This document shows positions 11,461 to 22,875 of a stretch of 64,000 bases of DNA, in pieces. The stretch lies in assembly GCF_963921235.1 (NCBI RefSeq), contig NC_086097.1, positions 226,302,001-226,366,000 on the forward strand, read 5' to 3'. The number at the start of each line of letters is the position of its first letter. Positions within the stretch are counted from its first letter, which is position 1. The notes under the pieces are model-generated. The model searched no databases and was not told the DNA's origin. It saw only the letters and a list, made by a program, of their open reading frames with translations. The stretch is from Mobula hypostoma. Lineage: Eukaryota. Position numbers and translations under genes: made by a program.

Positions 11461-13883
11461 TGCAACCCCCTCTCCGAACAACACATAACTGGGACCTGTG
11501 ACTCAACTCGGCTATCCAGAGGCTGCCCTTTGAGATGGGTTAATTCCTCTTGGGAGTTCTGTATATAAAAATTTGCAGCAACAAGCCATCTGGAATAAGG
11601 ATGGCTTAGCCCACCTCCCACAGCATTTTTCCATGCTTTCCATGATGGGGGCCTTCAAAGTTTCAGGAATTCCACGGTAATTCTCCTGAACAGACAGTTG
11701 ATGAAGTGGCAAGCAAGCAATAGTGATGGTCGAAGTTTGAATGGAGCCTTACAGAATTTTCTAGACCCAGTTTTGGTTGAATGATACTGATTTACAAAGA
11801 ATGATCGAACCTGTAAACTGAATGTAGTAGTGCATCTGCAGAAATTCACCAACTTCTTTGCAGTAACTTCAAAATACTAAATCTAAAACAGTACAGTTCA
11901 CCATATGCCACAAGTCCATGTATCCTCCCCTATTCCTTACTCTCCCACATTGAGCACATTCTTAACATGAAAGCAATACAACACTCTGCAGCAAAAACCC
12001 TTTTAAACCCATAAACCCTTCTTAATATAATCGTTTATATAGTATATAATAAGGTTTCATATAATATCAAATTCTTACAATTTAGTGCTGCTATATTTTT
12101 TTAGATCTGGCCATTCTGTTGAAATTACGGTGATAACCAATCCCATATATAAAAGCATCATCACATCAAGTTAAATGATCTTATCATTATCAATTTTTTA
12201 TGTAAATTAAATAATTTAAATAAATAAATTGCAGACATGCATAAATTATTTTATTTGATTGATTAAGGTAATTAAATTAAATTAATTAATTGAAAATTAA
12301 AATAATTTATGCATGTCAGTAGTCAGATTAAAGGCCTCATATATTTTGCTCCAAGAAGATCTGATAGCATTGCCTTTATAAGGGCAGAATAAACACTGTT
12401 GCCAGTGTTTGATTGCAGTAGCCTGTTTGTAGACCAAGAAACTGCACCAGAAATAAGTGGAATACCACCCACCGCACCCACATCCCTGGTTCACCATACC
12501 AATTCAATCCACCAACTACAAGCCATTCAGAATGGAGAAGCTGGTATTTCATTAAAATGAGCAAAATCTGATGGGAGGATTAGGTTTTCTTATTTTGACT
12601 AAGGTGGATGCAGAATACCAATTTTTTGATGGATCAGTCTTTGAGAATTGATCTTCAAAACAGACTTCCAACAGAGCCAGGGATATTAATGGTAATTTTA
12701 TTTTGAGGCTGTTCTGACCCTAACAATTTAATTGTTCTTTTTCTTCCTGCATCTTTTTGGCACTACTGCATTTTTTCCGAGCCTTTTTTTTTCATACTAA
12801 TGGGCTTAGACACAGATTTGTTGTTCTGGAAGAAAACATGAACTTGCAGATGATGCTATGGAAAAAACCCACCAAGCAGTTGGTATACTGTCTCACTGAC
12901 ACTTCTGCAATGGTTTCTACAATGTCATGTGACCGTACATTATTCTGTTCATAAGGAGAGCAGTGATATCTGAACCTGGTAAAAATTGAATACAGTTGGT
13001 TCTGATTAATCAGCGCAACTCTTAAGGAATAAACACTAATCAAGGAAATAGTTGGGATTCCCTTTGTTTACTGGGAACACTATGGCACGTAATTGGGACA
13101 GGAGGCTGTTTCTGAACAAGTTCTAACTGGCGTCAGTCATGTGCACTTGGTGGCCTTTAGACACTACACCATGCTTGGAGGGAGCAGATTTAAATAGTGT
13201 CAGTTGCATGTGCTTGTTTTCAAAAAGCAATGATTTTTCTCACCAATAATTGGCGAGCATCAAGCAGTTCAGAACGGTTTTACTCACTGTGGTTTCAATC
13301 ATTCAGGCTTGGTGATGCAGAAATGGCTGGGGATGAAAATGAAATGATTTCACTACTTCAAGAAGTTAGGAACAATGAAGAATTTAAAGTTACCAACAAT
13401 CGTCTTGAATATTACAGTGAAAATGAAGATTTGGAGGATGCAATCAATGGAAGTGCTGTTCATTTACTGTCAATCAAAAGAACACTGCAGCATACACTGG
13501 ATGAATTCCTCCTCTATTAGGAAATAATAAATCAGAATCAGATTTATTATCACTGGCATATGTCGTGAAATTAGTTAACTTTGCAGTACAATGCAATACA
13601 TGATAAATATAGGGAAAACTGTGAATTGCAGTAAATATATATATATGTATTTATGTTAAATAGTTGCATTAAATAAGTAGAGCAAAAACAGAAATAAAAA
13701 AGTAGTGAGGTAGTATACATGGGTTCAATTGACATTCTGAAATTGGATGGCAGAAGGGAAGCAGCTGTTCCTGAATCACGGAGTGTGTGCCTTTAGGCTT
13801 TTGTACCTCCTTCCTGATGGTAACAATGAGAAGAAGGCATGCCCTGGATGACGGGGGTCCTGAATGATGGATGGCACCTTTTT

Positions 13884-16720
13884 AGAATAGAAACCATAGA
13901 AACCATAGAAACTACAGCACAGAAACAGGCCTTTTGGCCCTTCTTGGCTGTGCCGAACCATTTTCTGCCTAGTCCCACTGACCTGCACATGGACCATATC
14001 CCTCCATACACCTCCCATCCATGTATCTGTCCAATTTATTCTTAAATGTTAAAAAAGAACCCGCATTTACCAGCTTGTCTGGCAACTCATTCCATATTCC
14101 CACCACTCTCTGTGTGAAGAAGCCCCCCCCCCCAATGTTCCCTTTAAACTTTTCCCCCCTCACCCTTAACCCATGTCCTCTGGTTTTTTTCTCCCCTTGC
14201 CTCAGTGGAAAAAGCCTGCTTGCATTCACTCTATCTATACCCATCATAATTTTATATACCTCTATCAAATCTCCCCTCATTCTTCTACGCTCCAGGGAAT
14301 AAAGTCCTAACCTATTCAACCTTTCTCTGTAACTGAGTTTCTCAAGTCCTGGCAACATCCTTGTTACTTCTCTGCACTCTTTCAACCTTATTTATATCCT
14401 TCCTGTAATTTGGTGACCAAAACTGAACACAATACTCCAGATTCGGCCTCACCAATGCCTTATACAACCTCATCATAACATTCCAGCTCTTATACTCAAT
14501 ACTTCGATTAATAAAGGCCAATGTACCAAAAGCTCTTTTTACGACCCTATCTACCTGTGACGACACTTTTAGGGAATTTTGTATCTGTATTCCCAGATCC
14601 CTCTGTTCTACTGCACTCCTCAGTGCCTTACCATTAACCCTGTATGTTCTACGTTGGTTTGTCCTTCCAACATGCAATACCTCACACTTGTCTGTATTAA
14701 ACTCCATCTGCCATTTTTCAGCCCATTTTTCCAGCTGGTCCAAGTCCCTCTGCAAGCTCTGAAAACCTTCCTCGCTGTCTACTACACCTCCAATCTTTGT
14801 ATCATCAGTAAATTTGCTGATCCAATTTACCACATTATCATCCAGATCATTGATATAGATGACAAATAACAATGGACCCAGCACTGATCCCTATGGCACA
14901 CCACTAGTCACAGGCCTCCACTCAGAGAAGCAATTCTCCACCACCACTCTCTGGCTTCTTCTATTGAGCCAATGTCGAATCCAATTTACCACCTCTCCAT
15001 GTATACCTAGCGACTGAATTTTCCTAACCTCCCATGCGGGACCTTGTCAAAGGCCTTACTGAAGTCCATGTAGACAATATCCACTGCCTTCCCTTCATCT
15101 ACTTTCCTGGTAACCTCCTCGAAAAACTCCAATAGATTGGTCAAACATGACCTACCACGCACAAAGCCATGTTGACTCTCCCTAATAAGCCCCTGTCTAT
15201 CCAAATGCTTGTAGATTCTGTCTCTTGGTACTCCCTCCAATAACTTACCTACTACCGACGTTAAACTTACTGGCCTATAATTTCCTGGATTACTTTTCGA
15301 TCCTTTTTTAAACAACGGAACAACATGAGCCACTCTCCAATCCTCCGGCACCTCACCCGTAGACAGCGACATTTTAAATATTTCTGCCAGGGCCCCCGCA
15401 ATTTCAACACTAGTCTCCTTCAAGGTCCGAGGGAACACTCTGTCAGGTCCCGGGGATTTATCCACTTTAATTTTCCTCAAGACAGCAAGCACCTCCTCCT
15501 TCTCAATCTGTACAGTTTCCATGATCTCACTACTTGTTTCCCTTAATTCTATAGACTTCATGCCAGTTTTCTTAGTAAATACAGACGCAAAAAACCTATT
15601 TAAGATCTCCCCCATTTCCTTTGGTTCGACACATAGCCGACCACTCTGATTTTCAAGAGGACCAATTTTATCCCTTACAATCCTTTTGCTCTTAATATAC
15701 CTGTAAAAGCTCTTTGGATTATCCTTCACTTTGACTGCCAAGGCAACCTCATGTCTTCTTTTAGCCCTCCTGATTTCTTTCTTAAGTATTTTCTTGCACT
15801 TCTTATACTCCTCAAGCACCTGATTTACTCCCTGTTTCCTATACATGTCATACAACTCCCTCCTCTTCTTTATCAAAGTTGCAATATCCCTTGAGAACCA
15901 AGGTTCCTTATTCCTATTCACTTTGCCTTTAAGCCTGACAGGAACATACAAACTCTGCACTCTCAAAATTTCTCCTTTGAAGGCTTCCCACCTACCAATC
16001 ACATCTTTGCCAGAGAACAACCTGTCCCAATCCACGCTTTTTAGATCCTTTCTCATTTCTTCAGATTTGGCCTTCTTCCAGTTCAGAATCTCAACCCTAG
16101 GACCAGATCTATCCTTGTCCATGATCAAGTTGAAACTAATGGTGTTATCATCACTGGAACCAAAGTGCTCCCCTACATAGACTTCTGTCACTTGTCCTAA
16201 CTCATTTCCTAACAGGCGATCCAATATTGCATCCCCTCTAGTTGGTCCCTCTATATATTGATTTAGAAAACTTTCCTGAACACATTTTACAAACTCTAAA
16301 CCATCTAGACCCCTAACAGTATGGGAGTCCCAATTAATGTATGGAAAATTAAAATCCCCTACCACCACAAATTTATGTTTCCTGCAGTTGCCTGCTATCT
16401 CTCTGCAGATTTGCTCTTCCACTTCTCGTTGTCTATTGGGTGGTCTGTAATACAATCCCACTAATGTGGCCATACCTTTCTTGTTTCTCAGCTCCACCCA
16501 TAAGGACTCAGTAGACAAGGCCTCTAATCTGTCCTGCCTGAGCACTGCTGTAATATTTTCCCTAACAAGCAATGCTACTCCCCCACCTTTCATTCCTCTG
16601 CCTCGATCACATCTGAAACATTGGAACCCTGGAATATTAAGCTGCCAGTCCTGCCCCTCCTGTAGCCAAGTTTCACTAATTGCTATAACATCATAATTCC
16701 ATGTGTCAATCCACGCCCTC
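13884..16720 (-). mobile_element. Young CR1 LINE, 5'-truncated (most of APE endonuclease + RT), two frameshifts
   Basis: YDVIAISETWL, YRPP, GDFN (EN); NYRPVSLTS, SQHGF, DFSKAFD, KFTDD (RT); (CCATAGAAA)n tail; small deletions near 15025 and 14365 relative to the 60-62 kb copy. Confidence 0.95.
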
Positions 16721-17068
16721 AATAGAATAGTATAGCACATTACAGGCCCTTCAGCCCACAATGTTGTGCCGACCCTCAAACCCTGCCTCCCATATAATCC
16801 CCCACCTTAAATTCCTCCATATACCTGTCTAGTAGTCTCTTAAACTTCACTAGTGTAACTGACTCAGGCAGTGCATTCCATGCACCAACCACTCTCTGAG
16901 TTAAAAACCTTCCTCTAATATCCCCCTTGAACTTCCCACCCCTTACCTTAAAGCCATGTCCTCTCTTACTGAGCAGTGGTGCCCTGGGGAAGAAGCGCTG
17001 GCTATCCACTCTGTCTATTCCTCTTAATATCTTGTACACCTCTATCATGTCTCCTCCCATCCTCCTCT
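16721..17068 (-). mobile_element. CR1 3' fragment of a second subfamily
   Basis: RRMGGDMIEVYKILRGIDRVD..RGHGFKV..FLTQRVVGAWNALP plus 3' UTR with (AATAG)n tail. Confidence 0.88.
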
Positions 17069-18169
17069 TTTTGGTGCACCACTCCTTGAAGATGACTTCA
17101 ATACCGCGGAGGCTAGTAACCATAATGCAGCTCACTAATTTTACAACTCTCTGCAGCTTACTTCAATTCTGTACGATAGAATCCCCCCTCCGCCCATACC
17201 ATCAAACACAGTTTTATAGTACAGTATAGTGTTCTAATTTGTTCGATACTTAAATTAAATATATAATTTGTTACCAGTTAAATGGTGGTATTGCTTTTTG
17301 AAACCTTTTATTTACTTCTATGAAACTTTGGCTAATTGGGTGGGCCACTTAATTGAGCCAAAATGCAGAAGTTTTGATGTGTCCCAATTAACTGTACTAG
17401 CAAACTCTTTGCTTAGCCTGTTAGGAAGATGGGCATTTGAAATTCATCGCTACCCTGCCTGCATTCTGCGCAAACTTCTCCGCACAAGTAAATAGAGATA
17501 AATAATTTTCTCGGGGCTACATGGCGAGATGCCATCTGTGAACGGTGAGCTTATGGCACAGTGTTGACATATGCAAGAACAAGCAGAATAATCAAGAGGC
17601 ACTGCGGCCTGAGATTCTGCCTTTAAGGAAACCAGTAAAAAAAATAGAACAGAGGATCAGTGAGAGGAATTACAGTGGGTCAGAAATGCTAGTGTCTGAA
17701 AAGAAGTACAGTCCCCCGGGGAAGGAGGGAAACCTCCATCACATTTGAGCATTACTGGTTGTGGTGGAAGCTACTGGAATTTGATCTGGAAACCACACAT
17801 AGGTAATTTCTTTACTTCTTCAGGAATGGTTGGACAAAATAGACAATTAAAGGGTGCTGTAGAAAACATATTAGATCTTACTTCTTTCAGTCAGAAGGAA
17901 GCTGACATTAACTTATGAGATAAATAAAGAGGTAGAAATCTTCTATTAAAACTGAAGTTATGTAAAGAACGATCTTACTGTGAGTAAAAACAGATGAGGT
18001 GTAACAGAGGTAAGTTCAGCACAAGAGCAAATTAGAGTTTAAATTAGAGACTGAATTAAAATAAGGATTGTTATTTTTAATTTGGATTCTGGGTTAATTG
18101 TTGTAAAGATAACAAAATTATTTAACTTAGTGTATCAAGGCTTCAAAAGTATGCATATCTTCCTTAAGC

Positions 18170-18720
18170 GATGTAGAATGATGCAACATAGAGGAGCATT
18201 TGAAGCAAGGTGCCTATTCCAGTTCTTTGAAAGTGATTCCAATTATTTTCACTTCTGGTTTTCCCTCACAGCTACATAAATTTTTCAATTTTGGCATGTA
18301 CCTAGTTTCCTTTTGAAGAATATTATCAAATCTGCTCTCGTTGTCATTTGCGGCAGTGCATCCCAGTTCACAATTCATTGTGTGATCTCCTTTCCCCCGC
18401 GTTGCTTTGGTTCTTTTGCTTATTACAACCACTTTGTGTCCTTGGGTTGCTGATGTTTTTGGACGAGGAGACAATATCTCTTTACTTACTCCATCAGAGC
18501 CGATCACTATTTTGAACATCTCAATCAAATCTCTTAACCCTCTCCACTCAAAGGAAAACAATTCAGTTTTGACGGTCATTTCAGAAAGCAGAAGTACTCC
18601 ATCGCTGATAACCAACGTAATAAATCTCCTTTGCACCCTTTCTTAATGCCTTCTTAAAGTGTGATGCCCAGAAATGGCTGCAATATTCCAGCTGGGATCT
18701 AACCAGCGTTTTATAAATAG
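18170..18720 (-). mobile_element. Ancient CR1 3' fragment
   Basis: QRRFITLV..ELFSFEWRGLRDLIEMFKIV..TQGHKV (18214-18636). Confidence 0.75.
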
Positions 18721-20059
18721 GCAACGACTTCATGATTTGGACAAGCCTTTGCTCATTTATTTACAAACATAGCAAGCAGTGACATAAATCATGTCAAAAA
18801 GCATCATTACGAGACTTACATGTAACATCTTGATGAATGACGATTTGCTCTTCTGGCTTTTATCACTCCCCAAGGAAAAGAAGTTTTGCCAACCACTTTT
18901 TCATGAAGATTCTGTCCCTTTAATTATTATGATTTTTTTTTCAGTTGCTTTGTATTCCCTTTGCCAGGTCATTGTGTGTTCCCTTATTGTGGGCCTCCTA
19001 GATTGCTCTGGCATGTAATTCTTACCAAGAATTATGGGTAAACATCACCATGGATTCACAGTTCCTGTGTAAATCCCCTTTCATTGCATTATTTTCATTT
19101 AAGTAAAGGAACTGATATCCAGGGCTTAACAATATGGGAAAACTTTACATGTGAATTATGAGTCCACCATAACATAATTTACCCATAAATCTCAGCAGGA
19201 AACAGATATGGCAACCAAGAAAACCAGAGTAACTAAACACAGCCTGTTCTTTTGATGTAGAAATATGAAAAGATAAGAAACAAGCTGAGTACCTAACTAG
19301 AGGACTAATGCCTGGAGTGTCTAAATCATGAAATATCTTTCTTTAAAATTTGAATACAATTTTTAAAATAGTATAAGGACTTCAATGATTTTGCCGTCAA
19401 TTCTGATCAGATAGCATCTCCAAATGAGGGAGAGTTAAGTCATCCCAGTACCGAATCACCTTCATTTCAGCTCTCAAATGGACATTGTAACTACTGTATA
19501 GTTGCTCGAGTTATTAAGTTAAGCTAGCTCCATCCTTTGATGGGTGTGGCTTGCTTTCACTCTCACATCTCTCGCATGATGCCAAGGCCTCTGTATATTG
19601 ACCACACTTCATTCTCTTACAGAAGAGATAGAAGCAGAAGCTTAAAAAAGGATTAGGAAGACTTGGCCGATTTTATCCGGTCACAAACCATGCCAAGAGT
19701 GTCTCAGTCGGATCACTCATCTAGTAAGTGACCTCCATTTGTGTGGTGGTTTCTCAGTGTGCATTGATAAGGAGAGGATCAGTCAGATTCCCACCCCACA
19801 TCTCTCTTGGATGAGATGGGATTAAGCTGAGCAGGGAGACTTCTGGAAAGGACAAGGCTAGCAATGCTCATTGGCAGAGCATAGTTCGGGTATTTGTGGG
19901 TTGGAAAAAGCACCAAAGGATGTCCAATGCTCACAAATCTGTTCTCTAGTGAAACCTGCCACCTAAGAGAGGAAGGAATGAGGTCAAGAAAACAAAGGTG
20001 GAGTTAAAGGAGGTCAAAGCAATAGGACAGAATGTATTTTGGTTTTGCTTTCAAAAATG

Positions 20060-20310
20060 TCTTTTGGTGGACTCTAGATCATGGTCCCTGGGTGCTTTGC
20101 TATTGCTTGCATGGTGTTTGGTGGGACAGGTGGGGAGGCAGTTGATGCTTTTGCTGCTGCTTGTGCGTGGGAGGGGGAGGGGAGGGGTCTTTGGGGCTCT
20201 AACATATTCTGTCATACATTCTTTGGGGTTTTTCTTTAGTTTTCTATGAAGAATAAGAAGTTCAGGATGTATACTGTATACATTCTCTGATATTAAATTG
20301 AACCATTGAA
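20060..20310 (+). repeat. Non-autonomous interspersed repeat with LINE-like tail (same family as 55706-56065)
   Basis: Shared GCTTTGCT..GCTTGCATGGTG..GGGGCTCTAAC..TTCAGGATGTATA..CATTCTCTGA and (CCATTGAA)n-type tail. Confidence 0.65.
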
Positions 20311-20489
20311 CATACAGTATATTCTCAAATTCATCTCAATACTATCTCAATGTCCCACCTCAAATTCACCTGCTATATGTTATGCAATTTGCAAGCAGGA
20401 TCTCATAATTAGAATTCATTGGAGAATAGCATCATACAGAATGGAAATAGGCCATTCAGCCCAACTTGTCCATGCTGAGCAGTTGTTAC

Positions 20490-22102
20490 TACTCATTCCA
20501 CGTGATATCAAGAAACGGCTAAAAGCACTGGATACAGCGAAGGCATGGGCCCAAGCAAAATCCTGGAAATAGTCCGAAAGGCTTGTGCTCCAGAACTTGC
20601 CACACCACTAGCCAAGTTGTTCCAGTACAGCTACAACACCAGCATCTACCTGGCAATGTGGAAAATTGCCCAGGTATGTCTGTACACAAGAAACAGGACA
20701 AGTCCAACCCAGCCAGTTACTGCCCTATCAGCCAACTCTCAATTATCAACAAGGTAATGGAAGGGGTCCTCAACAGTGCTATCATGCAGCACCTACTCGG
20801 CAATAACCTGCTTACGGATGCCCAGTTTGGGTTCCGTCAAGGCCACCCAGCTCCTGACCTCCAAACATGAACCAAAGAGCTAAATACCAGAGGTGAGGTG
20901 AGGAGAGTGACAGCCCTCGACATCAAGGCAGGATTTGACCGAGTATGGCATCAAGGTGTCCTAGCTAAAATGGAGTCAATGGGAATTAGGGGGAATACAC
21001 TCGGCTGGTTGGAATCATACCTGTCACAAAGGAAGATGGTTGTGGTGATTGGAGGTCAATCATCTCATCCTCAGGATATCACTGCAGGAGTTCCTCAGGG
21101 AAGTGTCCTAGTACCAACTATCTTCAGCTGCCTCATCAATGACCTTCCCTCCAACATAAGATCAGAAGTGGGGATGTTTGCAGATGACTGCTCAATGTTC
21201 TGCACTATTCACGACTCCTCAGATAGTGAAGCAGTTCATACCCAAGTGCAGCAGGACTTGGACAATATCCAGGCTTGGGCTGACAAGTGGCAAATAACAT
21301 TCAAGCCACGCAAGTGCCAGGCAATGACCATCTCCAACAAGAGACGCTCTGACCATCGTTCCTTGACATTCAGAGTCATCATCATCACTGAATCCCCTAC
21401 TATTAACATCCTGGGGGTTACCATTGACAGGAAGCTGAACTGGTCTAGCCACGTAAACACCGTGGCTACCAGAGCAGGTCAAAGGCTGGGAATCCTGCCG
21501 CACATAACTCACCTCCTGACTCCCCAAAGCCTGTCCACCATCTACAAGGCTCAGGTCAGGAGTGTAATGGAATACTCGCCACTCGCCTGGATGAGTGCAG
21601 CTCCATCAACTCTCAAGACGCTTGACACCATCCAGTACCGGGCAGACCATTTGATTGGCACCCCTTCCACAAGCATCCAATCCCTCCACCATCGACGAAC
21701 AGTTGCAGCAGTGAGTATTATTCACAAGATGCACTGCAACAGCACACCAAAGTTCCTAAAGCAGCACCTTCCAGGCCCACAACCACTAACATCCAGAAGA
21801 ATGAGAACAGCAGATACCTGGGAACACAACCACTTGGAAATCCCCCTCAAAGTCACTCACCATTCTGACTTGGAAACATATCACTGTTCCTTTATTGTCA
21901 CTGGGTCAAAATCATGGAATTCCTTCCCTAACAGCACTGTGGGTGTACCTGCACCTCAGGGACTACAGTGGTTCAAGAAGGCAACTCATCACCACCTTCT
22001 CAAGGGCAGCTAGGGATGGGCAATAAATGCTGGCTCAGCTGGCAACGCCCACATCCCCTAAATGAATAAATTCAATGCCCACATCCCCTAAATGAATAAA
22101 TT
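20490..22102 (+). mobile_element. CR1/L2-group LINE, 5'-truncated RT with complete 3' tail
   Basis: KRLKALDTAKA, CAPELATPLAKLFQYSY, QFGFRQ, ALDIKAGFDRVWH, GVPQGSVL, FADD; tail GGGATGGGCAATAAATGCTGG..CCCACATCCCCTAAATGAATAAA. Confidence 0.9.
20898..22013 (+). pseudogene. LINE reverse transcriptase C-terminal 371-aa open frame
   Basis: ORF track; RT motifs GVPQGSVL and FADD intact; frameshifts upstream at ~20550-20870. Confidence 0.85.
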
Positions 22103-22109
22103 AACAAAA

Positions 22110-22875
22110 TACTCTGTATTAATCCTATTTTCCAGCACTTGGTCCATAGCCCTCTGTGCCTTGGTAATTCAAATGCTTCTCCAGACCCTTAAGTGTTATC
22201 AGCTGGTATTTTCCACGCTCTAAGTGAAGATAACCACCTTGTAATGCCATCAAAATTTCTTCACCCTTATCCTAAATTGATTTCCACTAGTTTAATCTAT
22301 CTTTGATACATTAGAAAATTTTCTGCATTTGACTCTAATCTATAGCCCTTATAACTTTATATACCTCGGTCAAAACCACCTTAGCCTCTTCCACTTTAGG
22401 GAGAACAGACCTGTCTTCTCCAGTCTCTTTTCCTTAGCTGCTCCATTCCAGACACCACTCTGATGAACTTTCTCTGCAGCATCTCCCGTGTTACTGCATC
22501 TTTCCAATAGCACTGTGACTATAACTGCATTTGAGATCTGACCAAGGTTCTATCGAGTTAGGCATAACCTCCCTAATTATGTACTACAAATAGTAAGAAA
22601 CCTGGCACTGATCCTTGTGGGGTCCAGTCATAAAATTTAGCTTCTACCATGACGCTTGATCTCCTATTGCCAAGCCAGTTTTGGATAGAGTTTGCCAACT
22701 TGCCTTAGATCTCGTTGGCATTAACCTTACAAATGTGTCTCCCAAGTGGGACCTGTCAAAGCCCTTAATAAGGTCCATGTAAATCACATCTACTGACCTG
22801 GCCTCATTGATACCTTCTTCAAATCATTCAGTCAAATTGGTCATATAGGATCTGCCGCTGACAAAACCATATGGG
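22110..22875 (-). mobile_element. Old CR1 (RT + 3' region); its 3' tail lies at ~20425-20485, so the 20490 LINE is nested in it
   Basis: Degenerate reverse-complement matches to CR1 motifs (ACAAAACCATATG, GTGGGACCTGTCAAAGCCCTT, GCACTGATCCTTGTGG). Confidence 0.65.

Larger units (their letters stand above)
13531..17200 (-). mobile_element. Rex1/Babar-like 3' fragment split by two CR1 insertions (13531-13883 and 17069-17200)
   Basis: (ATCAGA)n tail at 13531; KVPSIIQDPRHPGHAFFSLLPSGRRYKSL; sequence GGCACCTTTTT resumes as TTTTGGTGCACCACTCCTTGAAGATG at 17069. Confidence 0.75.
12993..17394 (+). mobile_element. Non-autonomous pogo/Tigger-like DNA transposon, split by nested LINEs (own sequence ~12993-13530 and ~17205-17394)
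   Basis: TA-CAGTTGGTTCTGATTAAT left end and ..CCCAATTAACTG-TA right end; KAMIFLTNNWRA and frameshifted QNGFTHCGF peptides resemble the pogo DDE C-terminus. Confidence 0.55.

Noticed and set aside
11490..11860. Unique, moderately GC-rich stretch as a coding exon
   Set aside because: Short ORFs have no recognisable homology and I found no convincing splice-site pair; an exon cannot be excluded without RNA-seq.
12180..12310. Very AT-rich TAAT/ATTA cluster as a regulatory element
   Set aside because: Low-complexity sequence in which such motifs are expected by composition.
15007..16779. 590-aa ORF as an intact gene with its own start
   Set aside because: The N-terminal ~20 aa are read from the adjacent CR1-B 3' UTR. 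The rest is 5'-truncated CR1 ORF2 that frameshifts inside the RT.
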